Shown: one piece after another, positions 1-10,651 of the stretch | Numbering within the stretch: position 1 is the stretch's first letter | Layout of the letters: every line of letters starts with the position of its first letter | Source: an uncultured Fibrobacterales bacterium | GTDB taxonomy: Bacteria; Fibrobacterota; Fibrobacteria; Fibrobacterales; CAWVXU01 | Length of the DNA stretch: 32,957 nt | Direction of reading: 5' to 3' | Assembly: GCA_963934255.1 (NCBI GenBank) | Contig: CAWVXU010000022.1 | Span: forward strand, 1 to 32,957 | Program-made: the position numbers and the translations under genes | Notes under the pieces: model-generated | What the model saw: the letters and a program-made list of their open reading frames with translations, nothing else | The model's database searches: none | Told to the model about the DNA's origin: nothing

Positions 1-445
1 ATACTAACTTGAATGCCGCAGTTTATGACACACTACCAAATATTTCGATGGACTTAATTACTGAAGGAACACAATTTACTAACATGGTAGGTGGAGAGAC
101 TTTAGGCCCTCATATTGGTCTTACAATTAATAACCCAGAGATAATTAGTTCTCAAGATTTCAAATTGCGAATAGTTCATCAAGGTGGAAGTGCAGATTCA
201 AAAGCGCCTTATAATTTATCACTTGCTTCTAGCTTAACTGGAATTGGAACGCAGACGTTTGCTCTGAATGCAAATAATTTAGGGAATTCACCGGCAGTAG
301 AATCAATTAGCCACGCAGGGCTTTCAGGTGACAATGCATTAATTGATGGAGCCATCTACGACTTCATAATCCAGTCTCGTGATACTAACTTGAATGCCGC
401 AGTTTATGACACACTACCAAATATTTCGATGGACTTCATTACTGA
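1..445 (+). repeat. Near-identical direct repeat, 1-64 vs 382-445 (period 381 nt = 127 aa)
   Basis: ATACTAACTTGAATGCCGCAGTTTATGACACACTACCAAATATTTCGATGGACTT(A/C)ATTACTGA occurs at 1 and 382 with 63/64 identity. The first copy is cut by the window edge. Confidence 0.95.
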
Positions 446-3400
446 GTCGCCTGTGATTTCATATCCGGTGGCTTCAAGTATTATGAAAGTAAATGATTCA
501 ATTTTATTTAATATGCCTGAAAATGCGAAACTCAATGGTTTAAGAATTCAATTTATTCAAACTGCGGGTCCGTCAGACCCTGGATCTCCTCATACTCTGA
601 CCATGGGTAATTCATGGAATGTGGCTGGCAATAAATCAATTCCATTAAACTTGAGTGATTTGAATTCAATAACTGATGTCGCATCTCTAACTGGTGGTGT
701 TAATCTGATTGATTCTGCGGTTTATAAAATCAAAGTAGCCTATCGTGACGCAATTGGAAATGCATTTGGGGTCGATAGTGTGTTGAACGTAACTATGAGA
801 AAAAGCTATACTGGTCCATCTTTTGATAATTATTTAAATCCAATGACCATGACATCCTCTGGGAGCTTAATCAAGTTCACAACAAGTAGTAAAGCCAAGC
901 CTGGTTCAGTCAATTTGACATTTGAACACCTGAGTGGTGAACCTGATATCAATGCCCCGCATATCTTGACTCTTGATAATTTAACAGAGCTTGTTGGGCA
1001 GCATGATGTGCTCATTAATGTAAAGGATTTGAGTTTTGGATCTAACATAGTGAGTGTGAGCTCTGGGGTAAATGATCGCTTAGTCAATGGTGCAAACTAC
1101 CAGGTCATTGTTGCAATGGATGAACTGAATGGCTTCGGTATCAAGCGCGATACTACAGCTATCATTATAATGGATATGGCTACAACTCCAATTGCACTTC
1201 AATCACCATTAACAGATGTGAGTTTAACTTCTTCTAATTTAGACTTGAGTTTTAGTCTTCCAGAAGTAGCTTCAGCTGAAGGTGTTAAAATAAGGATATT
1301 GAAATCTGAAAATGAACTTGATGCTTCCTTAGCTTCAGAGATAACGTTAAGTTACAATTTTATCAATCCTCAAAATTATAATGTTAAGCTTAACCTAGCC
1401 AATCTTTCAAGTAGCCAAGCGGTTCAATCAGTCATATCTACTATGCCGGGTGATTTTAAACTGAAAGAAAAATTCATTTATACATTTGAACTCATTTATC
1501 AAGATTTATCAATGAATGCTATTGATACCGCTCAGGGTATTCACTTTAGTTATGAACTACCGAGTATCGTAAACCCTCACTTTATGAATTCTTATCCTCA
1601 AGTTACAGTTCTTCCTGGCAACAAAGTAGAGTTGAAAGCGAAAACAGATCAAGCTTCCTGGGTGAGTTATATGGTTATGGACGCAAAAGCTTCTCCAGCC
1701 AATGCTCAAGATGTTAAAAATGGAACGCTCCCTTCGGGTGACTCAATTTATTATAAAGGAAGCCTAGATGTCGATGCTGCTAGCACGATATTCAGTGCAA
1801 CCTCTCCTTTTGCTTTTGATGAAGGGAATTATTCAGTTTACTTCTCAATACAGACTCAAAATCGTCTTGCATTAAGTCCCCAAGTTGAGCGATTGAACTT
1901 TACTGTATTACCTGATCTAGTGATTGACCCTGTGATAGATTTGTCTGATTTAATTAATATTACATTTGATTTTGAGAATGAGACGACTAATGAGATTATC
2001 CCCGATACACTTGAGTTTAGAATTTCTAGTAGTGCAGGCTTTAATTCGGGAAGCAATCAGGTAATTGATGTTATTCCTGGGCAAACTTTGGTTATCCGCT
2101 CCAAAATTGATTCTAACAATCAACAAATATTCGAAGTACCTCAACGCAATCCATTGTCCGAACTCAATGTTAATCTGAGTGAAGTTGCATTATACGAATT
2201 TGATAGTGAGTATGAATATCTAAAAGAGGGGGTATGGGTGACCTATGATGCACCAGTAGATTTCCTTCTTTCTAAGGGTTCAAATTTGATAGTAAGAAAA
2301 GTCTCTACGGAAATCGGGTTTGCTTCAGAGACATTTCAGTTGTATTCATCTGATGTAAATAATGTTTTTGATCCTGAAGTGATTCATAATTCTAGTGCTA
2401 TCCAAGTGCGTTGGCTTTTGAATTCTGATATATCGGTCTTTAGTGAGGTATCAACTTCTTGGATATTACTTGATAGTCTCAATCAAACTGTTTTCTCTGA
2501 AATAGATAATCAAAAAATTAAAACATCTATTTATCCATTGGCTCCCGGCCTGTATTCTTTTGAATATCAATTGAAAAACACCTTGAATGAAGTTTTGAAA
2601 GAAGATACAATGGACATCAATATTGAAAATTATTTGAAATTCACTATCCCTAACCTGAGTGAAGATGATTCAAAATGGGTATTGCGTGGCTTAGGTAATA
2701 AAGATGTATCTACCACTGATATTGAATTATTCCGATGGAATGAAAGCAATAGTTATGATGCTTTATTTGCTAAGTATGATAATTCCGAAGCCATTGATAC
2801 TATTCGAGCAGGTGAAGGCTTCTGGTTCTTTACCGAAACTGAATTACTACCCAGTTTAAATATTGATTATTCATTAAGTGATGTCAGCCTTGTTATGAAT
2901 ATGGATGAGTCAAAATGGAACCAAGTGGCAAATCCATTCCCTTATAAATTGAAGGTATCTAACTATCCTGATTATGTATTCTATCGATGGGATAACAAGA
3001 CGAGTGATTATCAAGTCATTAGTGAAGCGATTGAACCATTTGAAGGTGCATGGGTACAAGCGAAGTCTGAAGAATTCACATGGGTAAATATCCCTTACTT
3101 TAATGACCTTGGAGTGACGGCTGAAATAATACAGAACCCTTTAAATAAAATTCAAGGGAGTACATCAAGCGAGTGGGAGCTTGGATTGAATGTTCGGGCT
3201 GGGTCCAAATCTGATTTAGTCAATAAAATTGGAATGCAACTTAAAACGGACGAAAAATCTCATATTATAGAACATCCTGAAAAATTGGGCGAGTTTGTCG
3301 AGCTCAGTATTTTAGATGGCCAGCAAAGCTACTCACAATATATTCATTCTACAATTCAATCTAGCTACGAATACAAAGTGAGTTTAAAGTCCACTGTTGA

Positions 3401-3869
3401 GGGACGCAGTTCAGTTTTATTAGATCTTGATGGTTTCGATCAATTAAAATCTCAAGGGTATTCAGTTTATTTAAAAGAAGTCGCTAGCTCATCATTTCGG
3501 GAATTAGAAAAATCAAATGCAGTCGTGGTTAATTTAAAAGGCAATGAGTTTGACCTAATAGTTACTAGAGACTTGCTAGCTTATCAAGCATTAAACACCT
3601 TAAGTGCTAAATTAGAAGTAAGTCAAAATAGTTCTCAAGCGACACTGAGTGTTGTGGTTCCAGATCAGAATTCCTCAGAAATATACATGAGTGTCTATGA
3701 TATGGATGGGACTGAATTATCAATGCAATCATTAGGATATTTCTCTGGTGGTCAATATGAGTTGAATATCGAGTTATCAGATTATACTCAAAATACTGGT
3801 AAGTTCATTTATGAGGTTCATACAGAGGGATTAAGTTCAAAAGGAAGCTTCCTTTATATCAATAAATAA
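1..3869 (+). CDS. Giant secreted/surface protein, 5'-truncated. Tandem ~125-aa Ig-like repeats, then further beta-rich domains and a putative T9SS-type/FlgD-like C-terminal sorting domain
   Basis: The frame is open from the window edge (ACT AAC TTG...), so the track's TTG at 9 is probably not the real start. Four related ~125-aa units are visible (GSADSKAPYNL/GPSDPGSPHTL/GEPDINAPHIL; LIDGAIY/LIDSAVY/LVNGANY). The protein also has WNQVANPFPY and IEPFEGAWV motifs and a C-terminal ...MSVYDMDG...TGKFIYEV...KGSFLYINK segment. Confidence 0.75.
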   Translation, partial: TNLNAAVYDTLPNISMDLITEGTQFTNMVGGETLGPHIGLTINNPEIISSQDFKLRIVHQGGSADSKAPYNLSLASSLTGIGTQTFALNANNLGNSPAVESISHAGLSGDNALIDGAIYDFIIQSRDTNLNAAVYDTLPNISMDFITESPVISYPVASSIMKVNDSILFNMPENAKLNGLRIQFIQTAGPSDPGSPHTLTMGNSWNVAGNKSIPLNLSDLNSITDVASLTGGVNLIDSAVYKIKVAYRDAIGNAFGVDSVLNVTMRKSYTGPSFDNYLNPMTMTSSGSLIKFTTSSKAKPGSVNLTFEHLSGEPDINAPHILTLDNLTELVGQHDVLINVKDLSFGSNIVSVSSGVNDRLVNGANYQVIVAMDELNGFGIKRDTTAIIIMDMATTPIALQSPLTDVSLTSSNLDLSFSLPEVASAEGVKIRILKSENELDASLASEITLSYNFINPQNYNVKLNLANLSSSQAVQSVISTMPGDFKLKEKFIYTFELIYQDLSMNAIDTAQGIHFSYELPSIVNPHFMNSYPQVTVLPGNKVELKAKTDQASWVSYMVMDAKASPANAQDVKNGTLPSGDSIYYKGSLDVDAASTIFSATSPFAFDEGNYSVYFSIQTQNRLALSPQVERLNFTVLPDLVIDPVIDLSDLINITFDFENETTNEIIPDTLEFRISSSAGFNSGSNQVIDVIPGQTLVIRSKIDSNNQQIFEVPQRNPLSELNVNLSEVALYEFDSEYEYLKEGVWVTYDAPVDFLLSKGSNLIVRKVSTEIGFASETFQLYSSDVNNVFDPEVIHNSSAIQVRWLLNSDISVFSEVSTSWILLDSLNQTVFSEIDNQKIKTSIYPLAPGLYSFEYQLKNTLNEVLKEDTMDINIENYLKFTIPNLSEDDSKWVLRGLGNKDVSTTDIELFRWNESNSYDALFAKYDNSEAIDTIRAGEGFWFFTETELLPSLNIDYSLSDVSLVMNMDESKWNQVANPFPYKLKVSNYPDYVFYRWDNKTSDYQVISEAIEPFEGAWVQAKSEEFTWVNIPYFNDLGVTAEIIQNPLNKIQGSTSSEWELGLNVRAGSKSDLVNKIGMQLKTDEKSHIIEHPEKLGEFVELSILDGQQSYSQYIHSTIQSSYEYKVSLKSTVEGRSSVLLDLDGFDQLKSQGYSVYLKEVASSSFRELEKSNAVVVNLKGNEFDLIVTRDLLAYQALNTLSAKLEVSQNSSQATLSVVVPDQNSSEIYMSVYDMDGTELSMQSLGYFSGGQYELNIELSDYTQNTGKFIYEVHTEGLSSKGSFLYINK

Positions 3870-3912
3870 AGTATTCATCTCAAATCTATTTAACCTCATA
3901 CGTCTAACGACT

Positions 3913-4638
3913 ATGAGGTTTTTTCATTTAAATTCAAAATGTTTTTTCTGTGAACGATTTGAAAATAAATTCTTTGGAATTTGTGTTGTTTGTCTATCCA
4001 ATTTTGAAGTCAGAAGGTTAAGTGATTTGTTTTCAATAGATGACAGCACTGGGATTGCCATCATGGAGATGAATACACTGGGTGGCCTGGCATTGAAAAG
4101 TTGTAAATATCAACAGTCACCGACACTTTTTAAGGAGTTGATTATATATGGACTCAATAAAGAATTACAAATACTCCAAACTCAAGGCAATGAATTTGTT
4201 GAGTTATTTAATTGTTTGAGTGATGTTAATTGGGTCCCCATTCCTTTGCATTGGACCAGGTTGAGGGATAGAGGGATGAACCAAGCTGAACTTGTTGCAC
4301 TTGAACTGAGTAAAGTATTTGGGGGTTCAGTGTGTCATGCTTTAAAACGACCCAAGGAAAATCAATCATTAACATCTATGGGGAAAGGGGATAGAGAAAA
4401 AGTTTCTGAAGGTATTTTCATACGTGTAAAGGGTTTTGAAAACTTGAGGAACGTCGTAATCGTTGATGATTTGGTAACTACGGGAAGTACTTTGTTCTCG
4501 GCTATTCATTCTTTTAAAGTCGATGAACGATTTGAACGATTTCAATTTGCCACAGCCTTAAAGGGATATCAAAATATGAAAACAGATTGGGAATTCGATT
4601 TAAGCAAAAGACATGATATTGACGACTACACCTTATAA
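3913..4638 (+). CDS. comF: ComF/GntX-family phosphoribosyltransferase-like protein
   Basis: N-terminal CxxC...CxxC (CFFC, CVVC), VPIPLHWTRLRDRGMNQA motif and PRPP-binding loop VVIVDDLVTTGST. Confidence 0.85.
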   Translation: MRFFHLNSKCFFCERFENKFFGICVVCLSNFEVRRLSDLFSIDDSTGIAIMEMNTLGGLALKSCKYQQSPTLFKELIIYGLNKELQILQTQGNEFVELFNCLSDVNWVPIPLHWTRLRDRGMNQAELVALELSKVFGGSVCHALKRPKENQSLTSMGKGDREKVSEGIFIRVKGFENLRNVVIVDDLVTTGSTLFSAIHSFKVDERFERFQFATALKGYQNMKTDWEFDLSKRHDIDDYTL

Positions 4639-4640
4639 AT

Positions 4641-4672
4641 AAAAAAAGCCGCCTCAATAAAGAGACGGCTTT
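4641..4672 (-). terminator. Intrinsic terminator downstream of tRNA-Pro, possibly also serving comF
   Basis: Minus strand reads AAAGCCGTCTC-TTTATT-GAGGCGGCTTTTTTT: a stem with one G-U pair followed by a U-tract. Confidence 0.8.
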
Positions 4673-4675
4673 AAG

Positions 4676-4749
4676 TCGGAATGATTGGATTCGAACCAAC
4701 GACCACTTGGACCCCATCCAAGTACTCTACCAGACTGAGCCACATTCCG
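4676..4749 (-). tRNA. tRNA-Pro(GGG), CCA not encoded
   Basis: Reverse complement CGGAATGTGGCTCAGTCTGGTAGAGTACTTGGATGGGGTCCAAGTGGTCGTTGGTTCGAATCCAATCATTCCGA. Acceptor stem CGGAATG/CATTCCG, anticodon arm CTTGG-ATGGGGT-CCAAG, T-loop TTCGAAT. Confidence 0.95.
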
Positions 4750-4892
4750 AATGTCAACATAATTTAGATAAATGAGTCAAGATTTCTAGAGATTTAAAAT
4801 GATTTTTTTTGCGGAGTAATTTTTTATTTAATCAGGTGCAAATGATTGAAAACTTATGTATGAAATCGCAAGATGGTTGACTGATTAAAAAC

Positions 4893-4933
4893 ATAAATTA
4901 AAGCCTCTTCGAAATGAAGAGGCTTTAATTTAT
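4893..4933 (-). terminator. Intrinsic terminator of the sucA-sucB-lpdA operon
   Basis: Perfect 18-bp inverted repeat ATAAATTAAAGCCTCTTC-gaaat-GAAGAGGCTTTAATTTAT, 3 nt after the lpdA stop. Confidence 0.8.
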
Positions 4934-4936
4934 TGA

Positions 4937-6340
4937 TTACATATGTAGCGCTCGGTTATCAGTTGCAGCGAGTGCTGCTTCTTTAAGCGCTTCACTAAAT
5001 GTGGGGTGAGCGTGTATGATTCTACCGATGTCCTCAGCTGAAGCCCTATACTCCATAGCTACAACAGCTTCACCAATCATGTCAGCGACACGTGGCCCAA
5101 CCATGTGAACTCCAAGTATTTCATCTGTTTCTTTATCGGCGAGTACTTTGACAAAACCATCTGATTCTTCCGCAGCACGAGCGCGGCCCGAAGCTTTAAA
5201 TGGAAAACTGCCTGATTTGAACTGACGACCACGAGCTTTGAGCTCCTGTTCTGTAGAACCAACCGCAGCGACTTCTGGCCAAGTGTATACAACACCTGGA
5301 ATTAAGTCACGATTGAGGTGGAAAGGTTGTCCTGCGAGCATTTCAACAACGGCTACGCCTTCTTCTTCAGCTTTGTGGGCCAACATAGGGCCTTCGATGA
5401 CATCGCCAATTGCGTAGACTCCTGGGGCACTAGTCTCTAGTTGAGGTCCTACTGAGACTTTACCTCGCGCATCAAGAGTGACGCCGATGTTTTCAAGACC
5501 GAGACCATCTGTAAAGGCTTTGCGTCCGGTTGCTACGAGAACATAATCACCTTCAATACTGGCTTCTATGTCTTTCTTGAGGTCGGTAGCTGTGATTGTG
5601 ACTTTGTTTTTGACAACTTTAGCCGCAGATACAGCGTGTTTCATTTTAAATTCAATGCCGATTTTTTTCAAAGAACGAGTTAATGCTTTAGAGCAATCTT
5701 TATCCATAGTTGGGATAATTGTATCCATGTATTCTACCACGGTCACTTTGGAGCCAAGGCGCGCATAAACAGACCCCATTTCAAGTCCAATAGCTCCACC
5801 ACCAATAACGATCAGGTGCTTAGGAACTTCTTTTAAAGCGAGGGCTTCAGTAGAAGTGATGATGCGTTTTCTATCGATATCAATGTTGGGCAAACTTGAT
5901 GGTTTTGAGCCGGTTGCGATGATAAACTTAGAAGCTTTGACTTCTTGTGTCCCATCTTCACCTTTGACTTCAATAGTGTTTGCATCTTTGAAGCTTGCAA
6001 GACCGTGAATGACATCTATTTTGTTTTTGGCACAAAGCCCCACAATTCCTTGTGTCGTTTGAGCAATAACATTGTTCTTGCGTTCCATCATCTTGGCCCA
6101 ATCAAGTTGAACTTTGCCAACTTTGATCCCATGAACATCGAAATTCTGAGTTGCATTATGATAATGCTCAGAAGAATCAAGAAGTGCTTTTGATGGAATA
6201 CAACCGACATTTAAGCAGGTTCCACCAAGTTCAGAACATTTTTCAACAAGTGCAGTTTTGAGGCCTAATTGCCCAGCTCTGAGAGCCGCTACATATCCAC
6301 CAGGTCCTGACCCGATAACAACTAAATCATATTGACTCAT
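4937..6340 (-). CDS. lpdA: Dihydrolipoyl dehydrogenase (E3)
   Basis: GSGPGG FAD motif, GGTCLNVGCIPSK redox disulfide, GGGAIGLE NAD motif and C-terminal HAHPTFSEA. Follows sucB. Confidence 0.97.
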   Translation of the reverse strand: MSQYDLVVIGSGPGGYVAALRAGQLGLKTALVEKCSELGGTCLNVGCIPSKALLDSSEHYHNATQNFDVHGIKVGKVQLDWAKMMERKNNVIAQTTQGIVGLCAKNKIDVIHGLASFKDANTIEVKGEDGTQEVKASKFIIATGSKPSSLPNIDIDRKRIITSTEALALKEVPKHLIVIGGGAIGLEMGSVYARLGSKVTVVEYMDTIIPTMDKDCSKALTRSLKKIGIEFKMKHAVSAAKVVKNKVTITATDLKKDIEASIEGDYVLVATGRKAFTDGLGLENIGVTLDARGKVSVGPQLETSAPGVYAIGDVIEGPMLAHKAEEEGVAVVEMLAGQPFHLNRDLIPGVVYTWPEVAAVGSTEQELKARGRQFKSGSFPFKASGRARAAEESDGFVKVLADKETDEILGVHMVGPRVADMIGEAVVAMEYRASAEDIGRIIHAHPTFSEALKEAALAATDNRALHM

Positions 6341-6352
6341 AATATTTTCTAC

Positions 6353-7576
6353 CTATAATCCTAAGAAGTAACGATAAGGGTCTTCTAAGATATCTTTCAT
6401 CATTTTGAGGAATGATACAGACTCTTTGCCATCAATGATTCTGTGGTCATAGCTGAGTGCTAAGTACATAATTGGACGAATGACAACTTCGCCGTTGACG
6501 GCAACTGGCCGCTGCACGATATTGTGCATTCCAAGTATTGCTGATTGAGGTGGATTAATGATGGGAGTTGAAAGCATTGAGCCAAATACTCCACCATTTG
6601 TGATTGTGAAAGTTCCATCTTGCATATCATCAATAGAAATTTTGTTTGCTCTTGCTTTAAGTGCAAAGTCCATGATCGTGCCTTCGATATCAGCAAAACC
6701 CATGTTTTCAACTTGACGAAGTACTGGAACAACTAGACCCTTAGGCGTTGATACGGCAATTCCGATATTGTTGTGATGATTTATCACGATTTCATTGCCA
6801 TCAACCATCGCATTGACCATTGGGAATTCTTGTAAACCAAGAGATGCGGCTTTGGTAAAGAATGACATGAAGCCCAAACCGACTTCGTGTTTGGCTTTAA
6901 AGGCATCTTTGTATTTTTTGCGAATATCCATGATAGCTGACATGTCTACTTCATTAAATGTTGTCAGCATTGCCGTTTCGTTTTTGACAGATACCAAGCG
7001 TTTAGCGAGGTTACGACGTAGCATAGACATTTTTTGTCTTGTTTGAGTCGCTGAAGGATCAACCGTGTCAGATGCCTTTATAGATTTTGCAGGAGCGATA
7101 GCTGCAGGCGTTGAAGCTGCAGTTGCGGCTTGAGCGTCCGCTTTTGTAATGCGACCATCTTTGCCCGACCCTTGTACATCAGAAGTCGGAACTCCTTTTG
7201 AGTCTAAGATGACTGATGCAGCGGGGCTTGGGTGTCCTGCGGCATAATTTGAATTACCTGCAGTTGGAGCTGCCATTGTTTTAGCTGAGTCTTCACTTGC
7301 TGCGCTAGATTTTGATGTAGCCGCGGCAGCTGGTTGAGTCGCAGACTCATCTAGTGAGCCAATAACACCACCGACTTGAATGACTTCGTCTTCAGCAGCC
7401 GAGATGTGTAAAACTCCGCTAACTTCCGCAGCGATGTCCATACTTGCTTTGTCTGTTTCAATGGTACATATAGGAGTATCCATCTCAACGTATTCACCAT
7501 CTTCAATAAGCCATTCTGCAATCATTACTTCAGTAATAGATTCAGCGACAGAGGGTATGATAATATCTTTTGCCAT
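6353..7576 (-). CDS. sucB: Dihydrolipoamide succinyltransferase (E2 of 2-oxoglutarate dehydrogenase)
   Basis: Lipoyl domain ETDKA, E3-binding motif [24 protein letters not shown] and catalytic [10 protein letters not shown]. Confidence 0.97.
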   Translation of the reverse strand: MAKDIIIPSVAESITEVMIAEWLIEDGEYVEMDTPICTIETDKASMDIAAEVSGVLHISAAEDEVIQVGGVIGSLDESATQPAAAATSKSSAASEDSAKTMAAPTAGNSNYAAGHPSPAASVILDSKGVPTSDVQGSGKDGRITKADAQAATAASTPAAIAPAKSIKASDTVDPSATQTRQKMSMLRRNLAKRLVSVKNETAMLTTFNEVDMSAIMDIRKKYKDAFKAKHEVGLGFMSFFTKAASLGLQEFPMVNAMVDGNEIVINHHNNIGIAVSTPKGLVVPVLRQVENMGFADIEGTIMDFALKARANKISIDDMQDGTFTITNGGVFGSMLSTPIINPPQSAILGMHNIVQRPVAVNGEVVIRPIMYLALSYDHRIIDGKESVSFLKMMKDILEDPYRYFLGL

Positions 7577-7590
7577 GATAAATTCTCTCT

Positions 7591-10347
7591 TTAGTTAAAA
7601 CACTTTTCAATGAGTTCACGTTGGTAGGTTCTATGTCCCTTTGCAGAGCCTTCTGCAGGCGAGGCAGAAGCTTTACGTGAAACACATTTGAGGCGTGGGC
7701 CTTTAAAATTACGACTGAGGAAATCCCATGCACCCATGTTTTGTGGCTCTTCTTGTGCCCAAATCCATGTTTTACATTCAGAATATTTCTCAGCGAGTTC
7801 TTTAATTTGTTTGTTAGGAAGTGGATGGAGCTGCTCGAGTCTAACGATAGCGACATCCTTTTCTTTTCGTTCATCACGTTCTTTTTTGAGCTCGTAATAA
7901 AGTTTACCAGTACACAAAATTACTTTCTTAATTGCAGCATTATTGGTAACAGTAGGGTCGTCAATGACTTCAAGGAAAGTAGTTCCAGGTCCCATATCTT
8001 CAACACGAGAAACACATTCAGGATGCCTAAGAAGTGACTTAGGTGTAAACACAATCAGAGGCTTACGGAATTCCCATTTTATCTGTCTTCTCATGATGTG
8101 GAAGAAGTTAGCTGGTGTGGTACAGTTTGCTACGATGATGTTGTCTTCAGCACAAAGCTGCAAAAAACGTTCCATACGACCTGAGCTATGCTCAGGTCCT
8201 TGACCTTCGTAACCGTGAGGAAGAAGCATGACAAGACCAGAAGAAAGTTGCCATTTTGATTCAGCTGAACTTAAAAATTGGTCAATAATAATCTGTGCAC
8301 CATTTGAGAAATCCCCAAACTGAGCTTCCCAAATAGTGAGGCGTCTTGGAGTAGCTAATGAATAACCATATTCAAAACCAAGAACCGCATACTCAGATAA
8401 TAATGAGTTGTAGATATAGAGTTTTGATTGGTTATCAGAAATGTTGTTGAGATTTATGAAGTGTTCTTCAGTGTTTTCGTCTTTAACTACAGCGTGGCGA
8501 TGTGAGAAGGTTCCACGTTGAACATCTTGACCGGAAACACGAACTGGGTGGTTTTCTAATAGTAAAGAACCATATGCATAGAGCTCTCCCATCGCCCAGT
8601 CGAGTTGACCAGATTCCACCATCTTTTGACGTGCTTTCATTTGACGCAAAATATTTTTAATTGGTTTGAAACCTTCGGGGATAGAATGAAGAGCCCCACC
8701 TACTTGTTTGAGGCGCATGAGGTCAACGCCAGTCTCAGGTGATTCTGCGAAGTCACGATTATTTGAAAATCTAAATCCACCCCATTTTGATTGTAATGAG
8801 GATACAGCAGAAGCCTTTTGGCTTTCTTTGGCACGCTCCAAGCGTTCTTGCAACATCGTTTTAAATTCTTTTTGCATTTCAGCTGCAAGTTTAGAATCAA
8901 GCATACCAGAATTGTGCAGATGTTCAGAATATTGCTCACGCGGAGATTTGATTTTATCAAGCATCTTGTACATAAGTGGTTGAGTAAATCGTGGTTCATC
9001 AGTTTCATTGTGGCCATGTTTGCGGTAAACAACAAGTTCAATAAATACATCTCGTTGATACTTTTGACGGAATTCAATGGCTAGTTCTACGGCATAAACA
9101 ACAGCTTCGGGGTCATTACCATTGACGTGAATCACGGGACAAAATGTTGATTTGGCGACATCAGTACAGTAAATTGTTGAGCGACCATCTTTAAAGTGTG
9201 TAGTGAATCCAACTTGGTTGTTCACAACAATGTGGATTGAACCACCTACTTCGTACCCTGGAAGGTGAGACATTTGTAGTTGTTCATAGACTACGCCTTG
9301 TCCAGAAATTGCAGCATCACCATGTATGATAATGGGACAAATGTTGGTGTAGTCATTGTCAAACCATTGTTCAGCCTTGGCTCTTGCCATACCTTGTACA
9401 ACAGGATTGACCGCTTCTAAATGAGATGGATTAAAAGCCAAAGTGAGCTTGACATCTTCTCCACCGATATTACGGATTGTAGAATAGCCTTTGTGGTATT
9501 TAACATCACCCGAGCCTTGTACCTGAAGATCTGCAAAGTCTTCGAATTCTGAGAAAACATCTTCATAAGTTTTGCCAAGAATATTTGCAAGAACATTCAG
9601 GCGGCCACGGTGAGCCATACCGATAATAAAGTGTTTACAATTAAGTTCTGCCCCCTTTTCAATTATCGCATCTAGTGCAGGGATAAGAACCTCTCCACCC
9701 TCAAGTGAGAAACGCTTTTGTCCTAGGTATTTTGTGTGGATAAAAGTTTCAAAAACTTCAGCTTCATTGAGCTTGTGAAGGATTTTCTTCTTTTTTTCAA
9801 GGTCAAAATTAGGGTAGTTTTTACACGATTCCATTTTGCCACGAAGCCAGAGCATGACTTCCGTTTTGCGAAGATGCATGAATTCTACACCAATCGTTCG
9901 GCAATATGTCTCTTTAAGAAAACCTAATATGTCAGATAGAGTTGCATCAAGCCCAAGCCCGAGTTCACGACCTGCAGCAAACTTAGTATTCATGTCGGCT
10001 TCAGATAAATTGAAGTATTCAAGAGAAAGGCGTGGTTTGTGGTCTGAGCGCGGGCGAATGGGGTTGTTTTCAGCAACCAAATGACCGCGTGAACGGTACG
10101 CATTGATTAACTTCATGATTCCAATTTGTTTTTGAATCGCAATCTCGGGTAAGCTATGGGTTGAATTTTCAACTTGAGTTGATTCATCATTTGGAAGTAG
10201 AGGGTTTTTTGCCATGGCAAAATCCATACCTTCGAAAAATTTACGCCATTGCGGCTCAACTTCCTCAGGGTTGGATTTGTAGGTTTCGTACATACTATCC
10301 AAATATTCGCTAGATGTATAATCCAGGTAGTCTAAATTATCTGACAT
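7591..10347 (-). CDS. sucA: 2-oxoglutarate dehydrogenase E1 component
   Basis: [43 protein letters not shown] and [16 protein letters not shown] motifs. 918 aa. Confidence 0.97.
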   Translation of the reverse strand: MSDNLDYLDYTSSEYLDSMYETYKSNPEEVEPQWRKFFEGMDFAMAKNPLLPNDESTQVENSTHSLPEIAIQKQIGIMKLINAYRSRGHLVAENNPIRPRSDHKPRLSLEYFNLSEADMNTKFAAGRELGLGLDATLSDILGFLKETYCRTIGVEFMHLRKTEVMLWLRGKMESCKNYPNFDLEKKKKILHKLNEAEVFETFIHTKYLGQKRFSLEGGEVLIPALDAIIEKGAELNCKHFIIGMAHRGRLNVLANILGKTYEDVFSEFEDFADLQVQGSGDVKYHKGYSTIRNIGGEDVKLTLAFNPSHLEAVNPVVQGMARAKAEQWFDNDYTNICPIIIHGDAAISGQGVVYEQLQMSHLPGYEVGGSIHIVVNNQVGFTTHFKDGRSTIYCTDVAKSTFCPVIHVNGNDPEAVVYAVELAIEFRQKYQRDVFIELVVYRKHGHNETDEPRFTQPLMYKMLDKIKSPREQYSEHLHNSGMLDSKLAAEMQKEFKTMLQERLERAKESQKASAVSSLQSKWGGFRFSNNRDFAESPETGVDLMRLKQVGGALHSIPEGFKPIKNILRQMKARQKMVESGQLDWAMGELYAYGSLLLENHPVRVSGQDVQRGTFSHRHAVVKDENTEEHFINLNNISDNQSKLYIYNSLLSEYAVLGFEYGYSLATPRRLTIWEAQFGDFSNGAQIIIDQFLSSAESKWQLSSGLVMLLPHGYEGQGPEHSSGRMERFLQLCAEDNIIVANCTTPANFFHIMRRQIKWEFRKPLIVFTPKSLLRHPECVSRVEDMGPGTTFLEVIDDPTVTNNAAIKKVILCTGKLYYELKKERDERKEKDVAIVRLEQLHPLPNKQIKELAEKYSECKTWIWAQEEPQNMGAWDFLSRNFKGPRLKCVSRKASASPAEGSAKGHRTYQRELIEKCFN

Positions 10348-10651
10348 AAGTCCCTCATGAGCTGGGGTGAAATATTTACAGACTAATGTAACTTATTATT
10401 TGATAAAACAAAATATATCTAATAGCTATGTATAATAGAAGATATGTTGTTGGGTTAGGGTTGAGTGTCTTTTGTATACAAATTTGTTCTTTTTGTCTAG
10501 TCTGAGGTATTGTATCGAGCTGGGAAATGAGATGTGAATGAGTAAGGTTGCCAGAGTTTGATTTTATTGAAGTCCTTTTTATTAAAATGAATATATGACT
10601 GACTTGATGTACTTTATTAACTTGTTGTAAAACTTAACCTACGAGAAATTT

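Noticed and set aside
1..445. 64-bp repeat pair considered as DGR template/variable repeats or att sites
   Set aside because: Both copies are in frame at equivalent positions of protein repeat units, there is only one mismatch, and no reverse transcriptase or integrase is present in the window.
4514..4717. 67-aa minus-strand ORF
   Set aside because: It starts inside tRNA-Pro and runs antisense to comF, so it is a shadow ORF.
5077..10084. Numerous 60-125-aa ORFs overlapping lpdA, sucB and sucA
   Set aside because: They are alternate-frame or antisense shadows of strongly conserved genes and have no recognisable motifs.
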